A DNA stretch of 38,331 bases, from IMG/VR virus record IMGVR_UViG_3300028829_002503; one strand, written 5' to 3'. The notes under the pieces were generated by a model. It saw only the letters and a list, made by a program, of their open reading frames with translations, searched no databases and was not told the DNA's origin. This DNA is from a virus. Below, in pieces: positions 8,164 to 18,009 of the stretch (positions within the stretch are counted from its first letter, which is position 1; each line of letters opens with the position of its first letter). The translations under genes were made by a program, and so were the position numbers.

Positions 8164-10347
8164 ATGACTGGTATTCATATAGTTAAACGAAATGGGGACA
8201 AAGAAAATTTAGATTTAGAGAAAATGCATAAAGTCGTTTTCGAAGCATGTAACAATATTAATAATGTATCAGCAAGTGAAGTTGAATTAAAATCACATAT
8301 TCAGTTTTATAGCGGAATTACAAGTAGTGAGATACAAGAAACATTAATTAAAGCGGCAGCCGAATTAATAACAGAAGATACACCAAACTATCAATGGGTT
8401 GCAGGAAATCTAATTAACTATCATATAAGAAAAGAAGTGTATGGTGCTTTTGAACCATGCCATATTATGGAGTTAGTTAACAAAAATACTAAATCTGGTT
8501 TCTATGACAAAGCATTGACAGAAGACTATTCTGTAGAAGAGTGGGATAAGATTAATGGCTTTATTAAACATGATAGAGACTTTGATATATCTTATGTTGG
8601 CATGGAACAATTCCGTGGCAAATACCTAGTACAAAATCGTGTAACTAAAGAAGTATTTGAAACGCCACAAATGGCATATATGTTAATTGCGGCAACATTG
8701 TTTAGTAACTATCCAACAGAAGAACGTTTAAAGTGGGTCAAAGATTACTATGATGCGATTAGCACGTTTGATATCTCTTTACCAACTCCTGTAATGGCTG
8801 GTGTTCGTACACCACAAAGACAATTCAGTAGTTGTGTATTAATTGAAACAGATGATAGTTTAGACAGTATTAATGCTACATCTAGTTCAATTGTTAAATA
8901 TGTCTCTCAGAAAGCAGGAATTGGGGTTGGTGCGGGTAGTATCCGTGCAATAAACTCACCTATTCGTAATGGCGATGCATCACATACTGGTGTTATTCCA
9001 TTCTATAAAATGTTTCAAGCGGCAGTTAAATCGTGTTCACAAGGCGGTGTTCGTGGTGGTGCGGCAACATTATATTATCCTGTTTGGCATTATGAAGTAG
9101 AAGACTTACTTGTTTTAAAGAACAACAAAGGTACAGAAGATAATCGTGTTAGACACATGGATTATGGTGTACAGTTTAACAAGTTGATGTATGAAAGACT
9201 AATGACTGGTGGCAATATTACATTGTTCTCACCACAAGATGTCCCAGGATTATACGAAGCATTCTTTAATGACCAAGATACGTTCCGTGAACTATATGAA
9301 CAAGCAGAACGTAAAACATCTATTCGTAAGAAAACAGTACCTGCGATTGAATTATTTTCATCATTTATGAATGAACGTAAGAATACTGGTCGTATCTATT
9401 TGATGAATGTAGACCACGCAAATGACCATAGTTCTTTTGATACAAGTGTTGCACCAATCAAGCAGTCAAATCTATGTTGTGAAATCAATCTACCAACAAA
9501 GCCACTAAACAGTGTAATGGATGAAGAAGGCGAAATTGCTCTCTGTACACTTAGTGCTATCAATTGGGGTAATATTAAATCACCAGAAGATTTTGAAAAG
9601 CCTTGTGAGTTAGCAGTAAGAGGACTTGATGCTCTATTGAGTTACCAAGATTATCCACTCATTGCGGCCGAGTTAGCAACAGATAACAGAAGACCTTTAG
9701 GCAAAGCCTCAAATAATTTGGCAAAAGAGATTGGACCTTGTCCGAAATCTGATGAAACAAAGTATGGACATGGTGTTGTACCAATTGATACTCGTAAAGC
9801 AGAGATTGATGAACTAGTAAAGCACTCAGAGAGAATGGACTGGAAAGGTCTTAGAGAAGATTTAAAAGAACATGGAGTAAGAAATTCTACATTAATGGCT
9901 CTTATGCCTGCTGAAACATCAGCACAGATTTCTAACTCAACGAATGGTATTGAACCACCAAGAAGTTATGTATCTATCAAACAATCTAAACATGGTGTAT
10001 TGAAACAAGTTGTTCCTGGTATTCATAAGTTGAAGAACAAGTATGAACTTCTGTGGGACCAAAAATCACCAGAGGGTTACTTGAAGATTATGGCAGTATT
10101 ACAAAAGTATATTGACCAAGGCATATCAGTGAATACAAGTTACAATCCTGTGCATTACGAAGATGAAAAGATTCCAATGTCAGAAATGTTACAACACTTG
10201 ATTATGTTTTATAAGTACGGTGGCAAACAGTTGTATTACTTTAATACATTTGACGGCCAAGGAGAATTAGATATCGATGCTCTAAACAATGAACCATTAG
10301 AGCCAGGATTAATAGATGATGAGGATTGTGAAGGTTGCACAATATAG
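8164..10347 (+). CDS. nrdA: Class Ia ribonucleotide reductase alpha subunit, with apparent internal in-frame deletion
   Basis: ATP cone (IVKRNG), FSSCVL, QSNLCCEI, ALCTLSA, LYY and C-terminal CEGC. RRPLG joins directly to KASNNLAKE. Confidence 0.93.
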   Translation: MTGIHIVKRNGDKENLDLEKMHKVVFEACNNINNVSASEVELKSHIQFYSGITSSEIQETLIKAAAELITEDTPNYQWVAGNLINYHIRKEVYGAFEPCHIMELVNKNTKSGFYDKALTEDYSVEEWDKINGFIKHDRDFDISYVGMEQFRGKYLVQNRVTKEVFETPQMAYMLIAATLFSNYPTEERLKWVKDYYDAISTFDISLPTPVMAGVRTPQRQFSSCVLIETDDSLDSINATSSSIVKYVSQKAGIGVGAGSIRAINSPIRNGDASHTGVIPFYKMFQAAVKSCSQGGVRGGAATLYYPVWHYEVEDLLVLKNNKGTEDNRVRHMDYGVQFNKLMYERLMTGGNITLFSPQDVPGLYEAFFNDQDTFRELYEQAERKTSIRKKTVPAIELFSSFMNERKNTGRIYLMNVDHANDHSSFDTSVAPIKQSNLCCEINLPTKPLNSVMDEEGEIALCTLSAINWGNIKSPEDFEKPCELAVRGLDALLSYQDYPLIAAELATDNRRPLGKASNNLAKEIGPCPKSDETKYGHGVVPIDTRKAEIDELVKHSERMDWKGLREDLKEHGVRNSTLMALMPAETSAQISNSTNGIEPPRSYVSIKQSKHGVLKQVVPGIHKLKNKYELLWDQKSPEGYLKIMAVLQKYIDQGISVNTSYNPVHYEDEKIPMSEMLQHLIMFYKYGGKQLYYFNTFDGQGELDIDALNNEPLEPGLIDDEDCEGCTI

Positions 10348-10358
10348 AGGAAAGAAAA

Positions 10359-11492
10359 ATGACAACAGTATTTAATTCAAAAAATAAACAAGACCACACC
10401 AAAGCAAAGGCGTTCTTAGACCCATCGGGTGGTGTAACAATTCAACGATATGATATGTTGAAGTACAAACAGTTTGATAAACTAACAGATAAACAGTTAG
10501 GTTTCTTCTGGCGTCCAGAAGAAGTTGATGTATTGAAAGATGCAAACGACTTTAAACTTCTTACCGAAAATGAGAAACATATCTTTACAAGTAATCTTAA
10601 AAGACAAATCATATTAGACAGTGTACAAGGTCGTGCGCCAGTAGAAGCATTTGGTCCACTAGTATCTATTCCAGAACTAGAAGCATGGATACAAACTTGG
10701 ACATTCAGTGAAACAATTCACTCTCGTTCATATACACATATCATTCGTAATGTATATGCAAATCCTAGTCAAGTATTTGATGAAATGATGGACATTGGCG
10801 AGATTACAGATTGTGCCGATGCCATTAGTACTAATTATGATGAACTTATTGACCTATCATTAAAGTATCAATTACTAGGTGAAGGCAAACATACAGTCAA
10901 CGGCAAGAAAGTTGAAGTAGACTTATACGAACTTAAGAAAGCATTATACAAAACACTAATGAGTGTTAACATCTTAGAAGGCGTTCGTTTCTATGTATCG
11001 TTTGCTTGTAGTTGGGCGTTTGCTGAACTTAAAAAGATGGAAGGCAATGCTAAGATTATTAAACTAATTGCACGTGATGAAAACTTACACTTAGCATCTA
11101 CACAATCACTTCTTAAGGTTTTGCCAAAAGACGATAAAGATTATATTAAGATTGCTAAAGAGACAGAAGAAGAATGTATTCAGATGTTTGTAGATGCGGT
11201 TGAACAAGAAAAAGCATGGGCTGATTATCTATTCAAAGATGGTTCTATGATTGGACTTAACTCACAATTACTAAATGATTATATTGAGTGGATTTGTTGT
11301 AAGCGTATGATTGCTGTAAATCTAAAATGTCCATATGTTGTACCACAAGCAAACCCACTACCGTGGACACAGAAATGGATTGCAGGTGCAGATGTTCAAG
11401 TAGCACCACAAGAAACAGAAATTACTTCTTATGTTCAAGGTGGAGTTAAACAAGATGTTGATACTAATACATTTGGTGGTATGTCTTTATGA
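10359..11492 (+). CDS. nrdB: Class Ia ribonucleotide reductase beta subunit
   Basis: FFWRPEEV, ILDSVQ, SETIHSRSY, LEGVRFY, DENLH and APQETEITSY motifs. Confidence 0.95.
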   Translation: MTTVFNSKNKQDHTKAKAFLDPSGGVTIQRYDMLKYKQFDKLTDKQLGFFWRPEEVDVLKDANDFKLLTENEKHIFTSNLKRQIILDSVQGRAPVEAFGPLVSIPELEAWIQTWTFSETIHSRSYTHIIRNVYANPSQVFDEMMDIGEITDCADAISTNYDELIDLSLKYQLLGEGKHTVNGKKVEVDLYELKKALYKTLMSVNILEGVRFYVSFACSWAFAELKKMEGNAKIIKLIARDENLHLASTQSLLKVLPKDDKDYIKIAKETEEECIQMFVDAVEQEKAWADYLFKDGSMIGLNSQLLNDYIEWICCKRMIAVNLKCPYVVPQANPLPWTQKWIAGADVQVAPQETEITSYVQGGVKQDVDTNTFGGMSL

Positions 11493-11752
11493 TTGAATTA
11501 GATACAATTGGTACAGTAGATTATGAAGTAAAAGATTTTGTTGCATTAACACCACATAACAATGCTCATTTCTGTTTAGTTCCTAGAAAGCCAGACCAAC
11601 AGATAATTCTAAAGTTACAAAAGATTATGATGGACATTGGCAATGCAAATATTGAAAATGGAATCTGTGAAAAATATCACACTGTGATGAAATTTGTCAA
11701 CGAACATCCTATTGTAGAGATACATATGAAAAAAGTTGACAATATTAAATAA
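11489..11752 (+). CDS. Hypothetical protein
   Basis: ATGA overlap with the nrdB stop. No CxxC, so not a glutaredoxin. Confidence 0.65.
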   Translation: MIELDTIGTVDYEVKDFVALTPHNNAHFCLVPRKPDQQIILKLQKIMMDIGNANIENGICEKYHTVMKFVNEHPIVEIHMKKVDNIK

Positions 11753-11764
11753 AGGTGTTATACT
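11736..11764 (+). promoter_or_regulatory. sigma70-type promoter
   Basis: TTGACA-N17-TATACT with TG-N extension. Confidence 0.8.
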
Positions 11765-11794
11765 AACTATATCAACAATTAAAGGAGTCTAATA

Positions 11795-11956
11795 ATGAAT
11801 ATGAATTTTCGAGCATGGCTACAAAATGTTTGGTTTGAACACAAAGACGAAAAGTTAGCATGGCAAGAAACAGTTGATTATACAATAGACGAGTGGATTA
11901 GTAAAAACCTAAAGTTTCTAACTAAACGCTACAAGGCAGAGACTAAATCAAAATGA
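11795..11956 (+). CDS. 53-aa Trp-rich hypothetical protein (not in ORF track)
   Basis: AAGGAG SD; MNMNFRAWLQNVWFEHKDEKLAWQETVDYTIDEWISKNLKFLTKRYKAETKSK*; ATGA coupling to the next gene. Confidence 0.8.
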   Translation: MNMNFRAWLQNVWFEHKDEKLAWQETVDYTIDEWISKNLKFLTKRYKAETKSK

Positions 11957-12735
11957 AGATAGTCTTAGCAACAGGTGGATTTGACCCAGTACATTCGGGT
12001 CATATCTCATATCTCAAAGCCGCAAAAGATATGGGCGATATGCTCATTGTTGGCTTAAACTCAGATGAATGGCTAGAACGCAAAAAAGGCAAATGTTTTA
12101 TGCCTTGGAACGAGCGTATCGCAATTCTCAATAACTTACAAATGGTAGATGAAGTCTTCACCTTTATGGATGACGATGATACTGCTATCAATTTCATTAA
12201 ACAAGTTATCGCACATTATCCAAATGACCAAATAATCTTCGCTAACGGCGGTGATAGAAAAAAAAGCAATACGCCTGAAGTAGAATTTGCAACATCTATT
12301 GCAGACACTTCACCTGGATTTGGTTTTGTATGGGGCGTAGGCGGAACAGATAAGAAAAATTCAAGCAGTTGGATTTTAGAAGAATGGAAAGCACCTAAAA
12401 CAATTCGAAATTGGGGTTACTATAGAGTATTACACGAAGACGGAACAGGTGCAGAACGTAAAACAAAAGTAAAAGAACTTACTATAGACCCAGGAAAATC
12501 TTTATCTTTACAGAGACACGAATACAGAAGTGAGTATTGGGTAGTAACACAAGGAGTTGCTACATTAGAGTTAGAAGGTCAACCTAGAGAACTAGGAATA
12601 CACGAAAATGTAGAAATACCTTGTGGCTGGTGGCATAAACTAAGTAATCAAACTTCAACGCCTGTAAGAATTGTAGAAATTCAAACAGGATTAAAATGTG
12701 AAGAAGAAGACATAGAACGTGCTGAATTAAAATAA
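11953..12735 (+). CDS. Cytidylyltransferase-like (HxGH) domain fused to a cupin (PMI type II-like) domain
   Basis: TGGFDPVHSGH, VGLNSD and FANGGDR; C-terminal RNWGYY...SLQRHEYRSEYWVV...WHKLSN. Confidence 0.85.
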   Translation: MKIVLATGGFDPVHSGHISYLKAAKDMGDMLIVGLNSDEWLERKKGKCFMPWNERIAILNNLQMVDEVFTFMDDDDTAINFIKQVIAHYPNDQIIFANGGDRKKSNTPEVEFATSIADTSPGFGFVWGVGGTDKKNSSSWILEEWKAPKTIRNWGYYRVLHEDGTGAERKTKVKELTIDPGKSLSLQRHEYRSEYWVVTQGVATLELEGQPRELGIHENVEIPCGWWHKLSNQTSTPVRIVEIQTGLKCEEEDIERAELK

Positions 12736-12751
12736 CTAAGTGGAGAATGAT

Positions 12752-12979
12752 ATGAAAATGATTAAAACAGGAAACATTTTTGATAAGGATAACTCAATGA
12801 ATTTACTAAATCTAACTGAAAATGAAATAAATCAGTTAATAGAATCTCTTGCAAGAAATCCAATGATTGAAGCAGACGAAAAAGAACCAACATTAAATTG
12901 GTTGCGTGAGCAATTGTCTGAACAGAAAATTGGCGGTGCGTGGAAACGCAGACTTAGAGAAAAAGGTCATGTCATTTAG
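12752..12979 (+). CDS. Hypothetical protein
   Basis: GGAG SD before ATG 12752; alternative start at 12797. Confidence 0.6.
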   Translation: MKMIKTGNIFDKDNSMNLLNLTENEINQLIESLARNPMIEADEKEPTLNWLREQLSEQKIGGAWKRRLREKGHVI

Positions 12980-13376
12980 ATATCTAATTTATGCAATCGT
13001 TATTACTTCGGTAATACTCTTTGCTTTTGTGAAGTCGGTAGAAGCAGATACTACTGTTGATACTGACCCAGAGTTACTTGAACTTGCAATTGAATTAGAA
13101 GATAAAGAACTGGCTGTCATGGTATTGGGCGGTATAGATTATTATGTACAAGAATGCACTTCATTGACTTCTCGTGGAGTTATATACAGAAATAAGATAA
13201 TCACATACCATAAAATAAATGAAACATTGTTATCAATTAATCCTACATACATTAAAGGTGCTTTAGCAGTTACAGGATATGATTGTTATGAAATGTATGA
13301 ATTGATAAATTCTTTAGAACAAAACGTTGTAGAACAGCCAGAACATCCAATAGATAAACAACAAGTAATTTCGTAA
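12969..13376 (+). CDS. Hypothetical exported protein
   Basis: MSFRYLIYAIVITSVILFAFVKSVEA| resembles a signal peptide; two Cys in the mature part. Confidence 0.7.
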   Translation: MSFRYLIYAIVITSVILFAFVKSVEADTTVDTDPELLELAIELEDKELAVMVLGGIDYYVQECTSLTSRGVIYRNKIITYHKINETLLSINPTYIKGALAVTGYDCYEMYELINSLEQNVVEQPEHPIDKQQVIS

Positions 13377-13382
13377 AATTCA

Positions 13383-13411
13383 TTGACAACGTTTGTCGCT
13401 TGTGATATAAT
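13383..13411 (+). promoter_or_regulatory. sigma70-type promoter
   Basis: Perfect TTGACA-N17-TATAAT with TG-N extension. Confidence 0.85.
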
Positions 13412-13437
13412 AATACTAATACTGAGAGGAGAGAACT

Positions 13438-13659
13438 ATGGGAACAGATATTATAGTAGTATTAGGTGCCTTCATAGGTACTTGTGCATATTTTAGTTAC
13501 AAAAGTGGTATGAAATATGGATATGAAACAATGGCACGTGAAGTTGCTACAGCGATAGTCGATATTCATATGGAGCAACAAAAGATTGAAGTAATGAAAC
13601 TTGAAATTGAACAAATTCAAAGAGAATGCCAACAATTAATGGAAGAAAACCAAACATGA
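13438..13659 (+). CDS. Small membrane-anchored coiled-coil protein
   Basis: GAGGAG SD; N-terminal hydrophobic helix followed by a heptad-like C-terminus. Confidence 0.75.
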   Translation: MGTDIIVVLGAFIGTCAYFSYKSGMKYGYETMAREVATAIVDIHMEQQKIEVMKLEIEQIQRECQQLMEENQT

Positions 13660-14606
13660 AAATTATATCTGGTAATAGTAATCTAAAACTAGCAGAAGAA
13701 ATTGCATCGCATTGTTTCGCTACATTAGTTCCCGCAGAAATCAAAACTTTTGCAGATGGAGAAAGTAGCGTAGAGTTTTTAGAGAATGTTCGAGGTGAAG
13801 ATGTCTTTATTGTTCAGAGTACAAGTACTCCTGTAAATGATAATCTTATGGAACTTCTTGTAATGATTGATGCGGCAAAACGTAGTAGTGCAAAACGTAT
13901 TACAGCAGTCATTCCTTACTTTGGTTATGCAAGACAAGATAGAAAAAGTGCAAGTCGTACACCAATTACTGCTAAACTCGTAGCAAATCTCATTACAGAA
14001 GCCGGTGCAGATAGAGTTCTGACAATGGACTTACACGCTGGACAAATTCAAGGCTTTTTTGATATTCCTGTTGATGATTTAACAAGTCGTATCGTATTTG
14101 CTAAAGATATTAAGAGACGATTAGGTGATAAAGCCTATAAAAATACAGTATTCGTTTCACCTGATGCAGGTGGTACTATGAGAGCCCGTAAATTTGCTGA
14201 AATGTTTCATGGTGATATTGCTATCGTAGATAAACGTAGACCAAAAGCAGGTACAAGTGAAGTAATGAACATTATTGGAGAAGTTGAAGGTCAACATGCG
14301 ATATTAGTTGACGATATTGTCGATAGTGGTGGAACTTTATGTAATGCCGCACAGGCAATAATAGATGCAGGTGCATTAAGTGTTAGAGCATACATTACTC
14401 ACGGAGTTTTAACAGGTGAAGCCTGTCAAAAAGTGGAAAAGAGTGTGTTAGAAGAATTAGTCATTACAGATAGTATCGAATTTCGTTGTCCTAGCGATTT
14501 AAAGAAGACACGACAAGTTAGTGTTTCAAAATTGTTCGGTGAAGCAATTCGTAGAGTGAGTAATGAAGAAAGTGTAAGTTCATTATTCTATAATCAAAAG
14601 GTTTAG
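13656..14606 (+). CDS. prs: Ribose-phosphate pyrophosphokinase (PRPP synthetase)
   Basis: [45 protein letters not shown] and THG motifs. Confidence 0.96.
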   Translation: MKIISGNSNLKLAEEIASHCFATLVPAEIKTFADGESSVEFLENVRGEDVFIVQSTSTPVNDNLMELLVMIDAAKRSSAKRITAVIPYFGYARQDRKSASRTPITAKLVANLITEAGADRVLTMDLHAGQIQGFFDIPVDDLTSRIVFAKDIKRRLGDKAYKNTVFVSPDAGGTMRARKFAEMFHGDIAIVDKRRPKAGTSEVMNIIGEVEGQHAILVDDIVDSGGTLCNAAQAIIDAGALSVRAYITHGVLTGEACQKVEKSVLEELVITDSIEFRCPSDLKKTRQVSVSKLFGEAIRRVSNEESVSSLFYNQKV

Positions 14607-14622
14607 TCTTATAGGGGATAAC

Positions 14623-14838
14623 ATGGATGCAAGAATGCTACAAGTTGGCACAATAATAGTTCATAAAAAAACTAATAAACGGGCAAAGATTACAGATTCG
14701 TATCATCCGCCAGATAATCCCTATGTAGTATCATTAACCTATAAATATATGGATACGGACAGGGTTCGTACTATAATTGACAGTACTTTAGAGCATTTCA
14801 GTGAAAATTGGGTTGTTTTAGAAGAAAATCCCGTTTAA
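14623..14838 (+). CDS. Small hypothetical, SH3-like beta protein
   Basis: AGGGGA SD; LQVGTIIVHKKT pattern. Confidence 0.65.
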   Translation: MDARMLQVGTIIVHKKTNKRAKITDSYHPPDNPYVVSLTYKYMDTDRVRTIIDSTLEHFSENWVVLEENPV

Positions 14839-14861
14839 ATTCAATAAAAAACCCCAAAAAC

Positions 14862-14891
14862 TTGACAAATCCTCGTTTTGATGTATACTAT
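14862..14891 (+). promoter_or_regulatory. sigma70-type (early) promoter
   Basis: AAAAACTTGACA-N16-TATACT, with an A-rich UP element. Confidence 0.75.
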
Positions 14892-14921
14892 AAGTATATT
14901 CAATAAAAGAGAGGGTTAAAT

Positions 14922-15350
14922 ATGGCTTATATATCGACAGAAGAAGTAAAAGCGGTTCGAGTTGCTCTTAAAGAGAGTTTCAAAAACAAAATAAAGTTCT
15001 CAGTTCGTAGAGAACACTATTCAAGTCTTAATGTTTCTATCGTTTCTGGTGAAATAAACTTCTTTGACGGAAGTTTAGACCGAAAAGATAAGTATCATCC
15101 AGAGGCTCCAGTCCATAAGTTTGATGGCTACGAGCAAATCAATGAGTATTATCCTGAACATTATGGTAAACACTCAGAACTATTCAAAAAAATTGTTGAG
15201 ATTATGAAAACTGCACCTGCTAATGTAAAAGGTGGTCGTGCTTGGTATGATAATTCAGATGCAATGACTGATTATTTTGATACTGCTTATTACACTCACC
15301 TTAACATTGGTAAGTGGGACAAGCCTTATGAATACAAAGGTGCGAAATAA
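14922..15350 (+). CDS. Early hypothetical protein, LPD29-like (large polyvalent protein-associated domain)
   Basis: VRVALKESFK..KFSVRREHYSSLNVSI and DNSDAMTDYFD patterns match the recalled family signature. Confidence 0.6.
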   Translation: MAYISTEEVKAVRVALKESFKNKIKFSVRREHYSSLNVSIVSGEINFFDGSLDRKDKYHPEAPVHKFDGYEQINEYYPEHYGKHSELFKKIVEIMKTAPANVKGGRAWYDNSDAMTDYFDTAYYTHLNIGKWDKPYEYKGAK

Positions 15351-15358
15351 TTAAAAAC

Positions 15359-15386
15359 TTGACAGATATTGATTCTGTGCTATAAT
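15359..15386 (+). promoter_or_regulatory. sigma70-type (early) promoter
   Basis: AAAAACTTGACA-N16-TATAAT with TG-N extension. Confidence 0.8.
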
Positions 15387-15418
15387 ATAGTTATATTAAA
15401 CAATTGAGAGGGTTAAAT

Positions 15419-16429
15419 ATGAACATAGTAAAAATCGAAAACGGGTCTTACAACAATACCGAAATCAACGGTTGTTTCCCACTAATCAAAGGTATCACTA
15501 AGTCGAAAGACGGGTCATACTTTGTAAAAGTTAAGACAACTGATGCGACCGAGAAAGTATTTGCTGGCCGCGATGCTTGTCGAATTAAGATTGACAGTCA
15601 CGACCAAATCACCGAAGTTGAAGGTGATGCGGGTAAAGAATTAGTTGAAACAGAAGACCAAGCAATTGAAAGAATTGCTGAACGTTTCTCTATTTTAGAA
15701 GAAATGACTGGTGCTACACTTGATGGAATCGTGCGAGGCATGATTGTTACAGGACCTCCAGGAGTTGGTAAGACATTTGGTGTTGAACAAATACTTGAAA
15801 AAGATAGTTTGTTTGATGTGATGGCAGACCGACCACTTCGACATACATTTGTTAAAGGTGCGATGTCGGCAATTGGTCTTTACAGTACACTTTACAAGTA
15901 TTCAGATGATAAGAGTATCGTTGTTCTGGATGACTGTGATAGTATTCTTTGGAATGAAGATGCTTTGAATATTCTTAAAGCCGCACTTGATAGTGGTAAG
16001 AAAAGACGAATTTCTTGGAACTCGGATTCAAACTTCTTACGAAGAGAAGGTGTTCCTGGTGAATTTGAATTTAAAGGTTCAGTTATCTTTATTACAAACT
16101 TGAAGTTTGATAGTACTAGACAAACTAAAATCAAAGACCACTTAGAGGCTATTCTTTCTCGTTGTCATTACCTTGACCTCACACTTGACACTACACGTGA
16201 CAAGATTATGAGAATTAAACAGATTGCCAGAGACGGTGGATTGTTTGATACTAAGGGTCTTACTAAGATACAAGAACAAGAAATCATTGAGTTTATGGTT
16301 GAAAACCAAGATAGACTACGTGAAGTATCTTTGAGAATGGCTCAAAAGATTGCAGACCTGCTTAATATGAATAAAGCACGTTGGAAAGCACTCGCAGAAT
16401 CAACTTGTATGAAACGAAGAGTTTCATAA
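15419..16429 (+). CDS. AAA+-type ATPase
   Basis: Walker A GPPGVGKT, Walker B VVLDDCD, sensor IFITN and arginine finger ILSRC. Confidence 0.85.
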   Translation: MNIVKIENGSYNNTEINGCFPLIKGITKSKDGSYFVKVKTTDATEKVFAGRDACRIKIDSHDQITEVEGDAGKELVETEDQAIERIAERFSILEEMTGATLDGIVRGMIVTGPPGVGKTFGVEQILEKDSLFDVMADRPLRHTFVKGAMSAIGLYSTLYKYSDDKSIVVLDDCDSILWNEDALNILKAALDSGKKRRISWNSDSNFLRREGVPGEFEFKGSVIFITNLKFDSTRQTKIKDHLEAILSRCHYLDLTLDTTRDKIMRIKQIARDGGLFDTKGLTKIQEQEIIEFMVENQDRLREVSLRMAQKIADLLNMNKARWKALAESTCMKRRVS

Positions 16430-16452
16430 TAAGTTAAAAAGTTAACCCCTCG

Positions 16453-16486
16453 GCGCCAGTAATAGAAATGTTACTGGCGTTTTTTT
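16453..16486 (+). terminator. Intrinsic terminator
   Basis: GCGCCAGTAA...TTACTGGCGT followed by a T-run. Confidence 0.9.
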
Positions 16487-16499
16487 ATGCAGAAAAGAC

Positions 16500-16528
16500 T
16501 TGAATTCTCTGGTGAATTATGTTATACT
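16500..16528 (+). promoter_or_regulatory. sigma70-type promoter for the uvsW operon
   Basis: TTGAAT-N17-TATACT with TG-N extension. Confidence 0.65.
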
Positions 16529-16554
16529 AAGTTAAATGTTAAGAAAAGATAACA

Positions 16555-18000
16555 ATGAATAAATGTACAATCATAATCAAGGACGAAGTAAACGTTAAGT
16601 TAGAAGGCCTTGACCCATCTACTCGTAGAAAATGTAGTGATAAATTGAAGTATTTCCTACCTCATGCATATCATATGCCTGCATATAAACTCGGTCGATG
16701 GGATGGCACGGTCCGCTTTTGTGATGTCGGTGGTAGAACTTATCTAAATTTATTAGATGATGTTTTACCAGTAATCATCGAACAAGGTTACGAGATAACC
16801 ATCGATGATAGGCGTGAGAACGAAGAAATGAGTTTTCCTATTATAACTGAGAACTTCTGGGAGGGAGTTACTTGGCCTGAAGGACATGCAAAAGCGGGCG
16901 AGCCTATCGTACTAAGAGATTATCAAGTAGAAGTAATCAATCAGTTCATATCAGCACCACAATGTCTCCAAGAGATAGCCACGGGTGCTGGTAAGACGAT
17001 TATGACTGCAACTATGAGTAAAGTAGTAGAGAAATATGGTAGGTCAATCATCATTGTACCAAACAAAGATTTAGTACGCCAGACAGAAGAAGATTATGTA
17101 AATTGTGGACTAGATGTTGGAGTATATTTTGGTGATAAGAAAGACCACGGAAAGACACATACGATTTGTACATGGCAAAGTTTAAATTCTTTATTAAAGA
17201 AAACTAAAAAAGGCGAAGCAAACATCCAAGAATTCATCGAAGGTGTATGTTGTGTAATTGTTGATGAAACTCACCAAGCAAAAGCAGATGTATTGAAAGA
17301 TTTACTTACTAGTGTATTTGCTAATGTGCCTATTCGTTGGGGTCTAACAGGAACTATTCCTAAGAGTGATTGGGAATCTGCTAGTTTACGCAGTTCACTA
17401 GGTGAAGTAATAAACAAACTATCAGCAAAAGAATTACAGGATGAAGGTGTATTAGCAAACTGTCATGTGAATATAGTCCAGACACAAGAAACGGCAGTAT
17501 ATGCCAATTACCAAAATGAAATGACTTTTTTACTTGAAGACAAAAAGCGTTTAGACTATATTTCATCAATGATTAAAGATATTTCTAAAACAGGAAATAC
17601 TTTAGTTCTTACAAATAGAATTAAAAATGGTGAAGCATTACAAGAACTAATACCAGATGCTGAGTTTGTTCAAGGCTCAATGGCAGTAACAGATAGAAAG
17701 GATGCATACAATGACATAAATGAAGGCACGAATACAATCACAATTGCTACTTATGGGGTAGCGGCAGTTGGTATTAATATTCCTCGTATATTTAATTTAG
17801 TACTATTAGAACCAGGCAAATCGTTTGTTAGAGTTATACAATCAATTGGCCGTGGAGTTAGAATGGCAGAAGATAAAGACTTTGTACAAATATGGGACGT
17901 AACAAGTCGTTGTAAGTTTTCAAAAAGACATTTAACAGAACGAAAAAAGTATTATAAAGAGGCTTCATACCCATTCACAATAGATAAGATTACATATTAA
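16555..18000 (+). CDS. uvsW: SF2 DNA helicase, UvsW-like
   Basis: WDG N-terminal motif, LRDYQ, ATGAGKT, VDETH, GLTGT, GINIP and QSIGRGVR. Confidence 0.92.
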   Translation: MNKCTIIIKDEVNVKLEGLDPSTRRKCSDKLKYFLPHAYHMPAYKLGRWDGTVRFCDVGGRTYLNLLDDVLPVIIEQGYEITIDDRRENEEMSFPIITENFWEGVTWPEGHAKAGEPIVLRDYQVEVINQFISAPQCLQEIATGAGKTIMTATMSKVVEKYGRSIIIVPNKDLVRQTEEDYVNCGLDVGVYFGDKKDHGKTHTICTWQSLNSLLKKTKKGEANIQEFIEGVCCVIVDETHQAKADVLKDLLTSVFANVPIRWGLTGTIPKSDWESASLRSSLGEVINKLSAKELQDEGVLANCHVNIVQTQETAVYANYQNEMTFLLEDKKRLDYISSMIKDISKTGNTLVLTNRIKNGEALQELIPDAEFVQGSMAVTDRKDAYNDINEGTNTITIATYGVAAVGINIPRIFNLVLLEPGKSFVRVIQSIGRGVRMAEDKDFVQIWDVTSRCKFSKRHLTERKKYYKEASYPFTIDKITY

Positions 18001-18009
18001 AGGACAATT

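Noticed and set aside
11489-11752. Glutaredoxin/NrdH after nrdB
   Set aside because: No CxxC motif.
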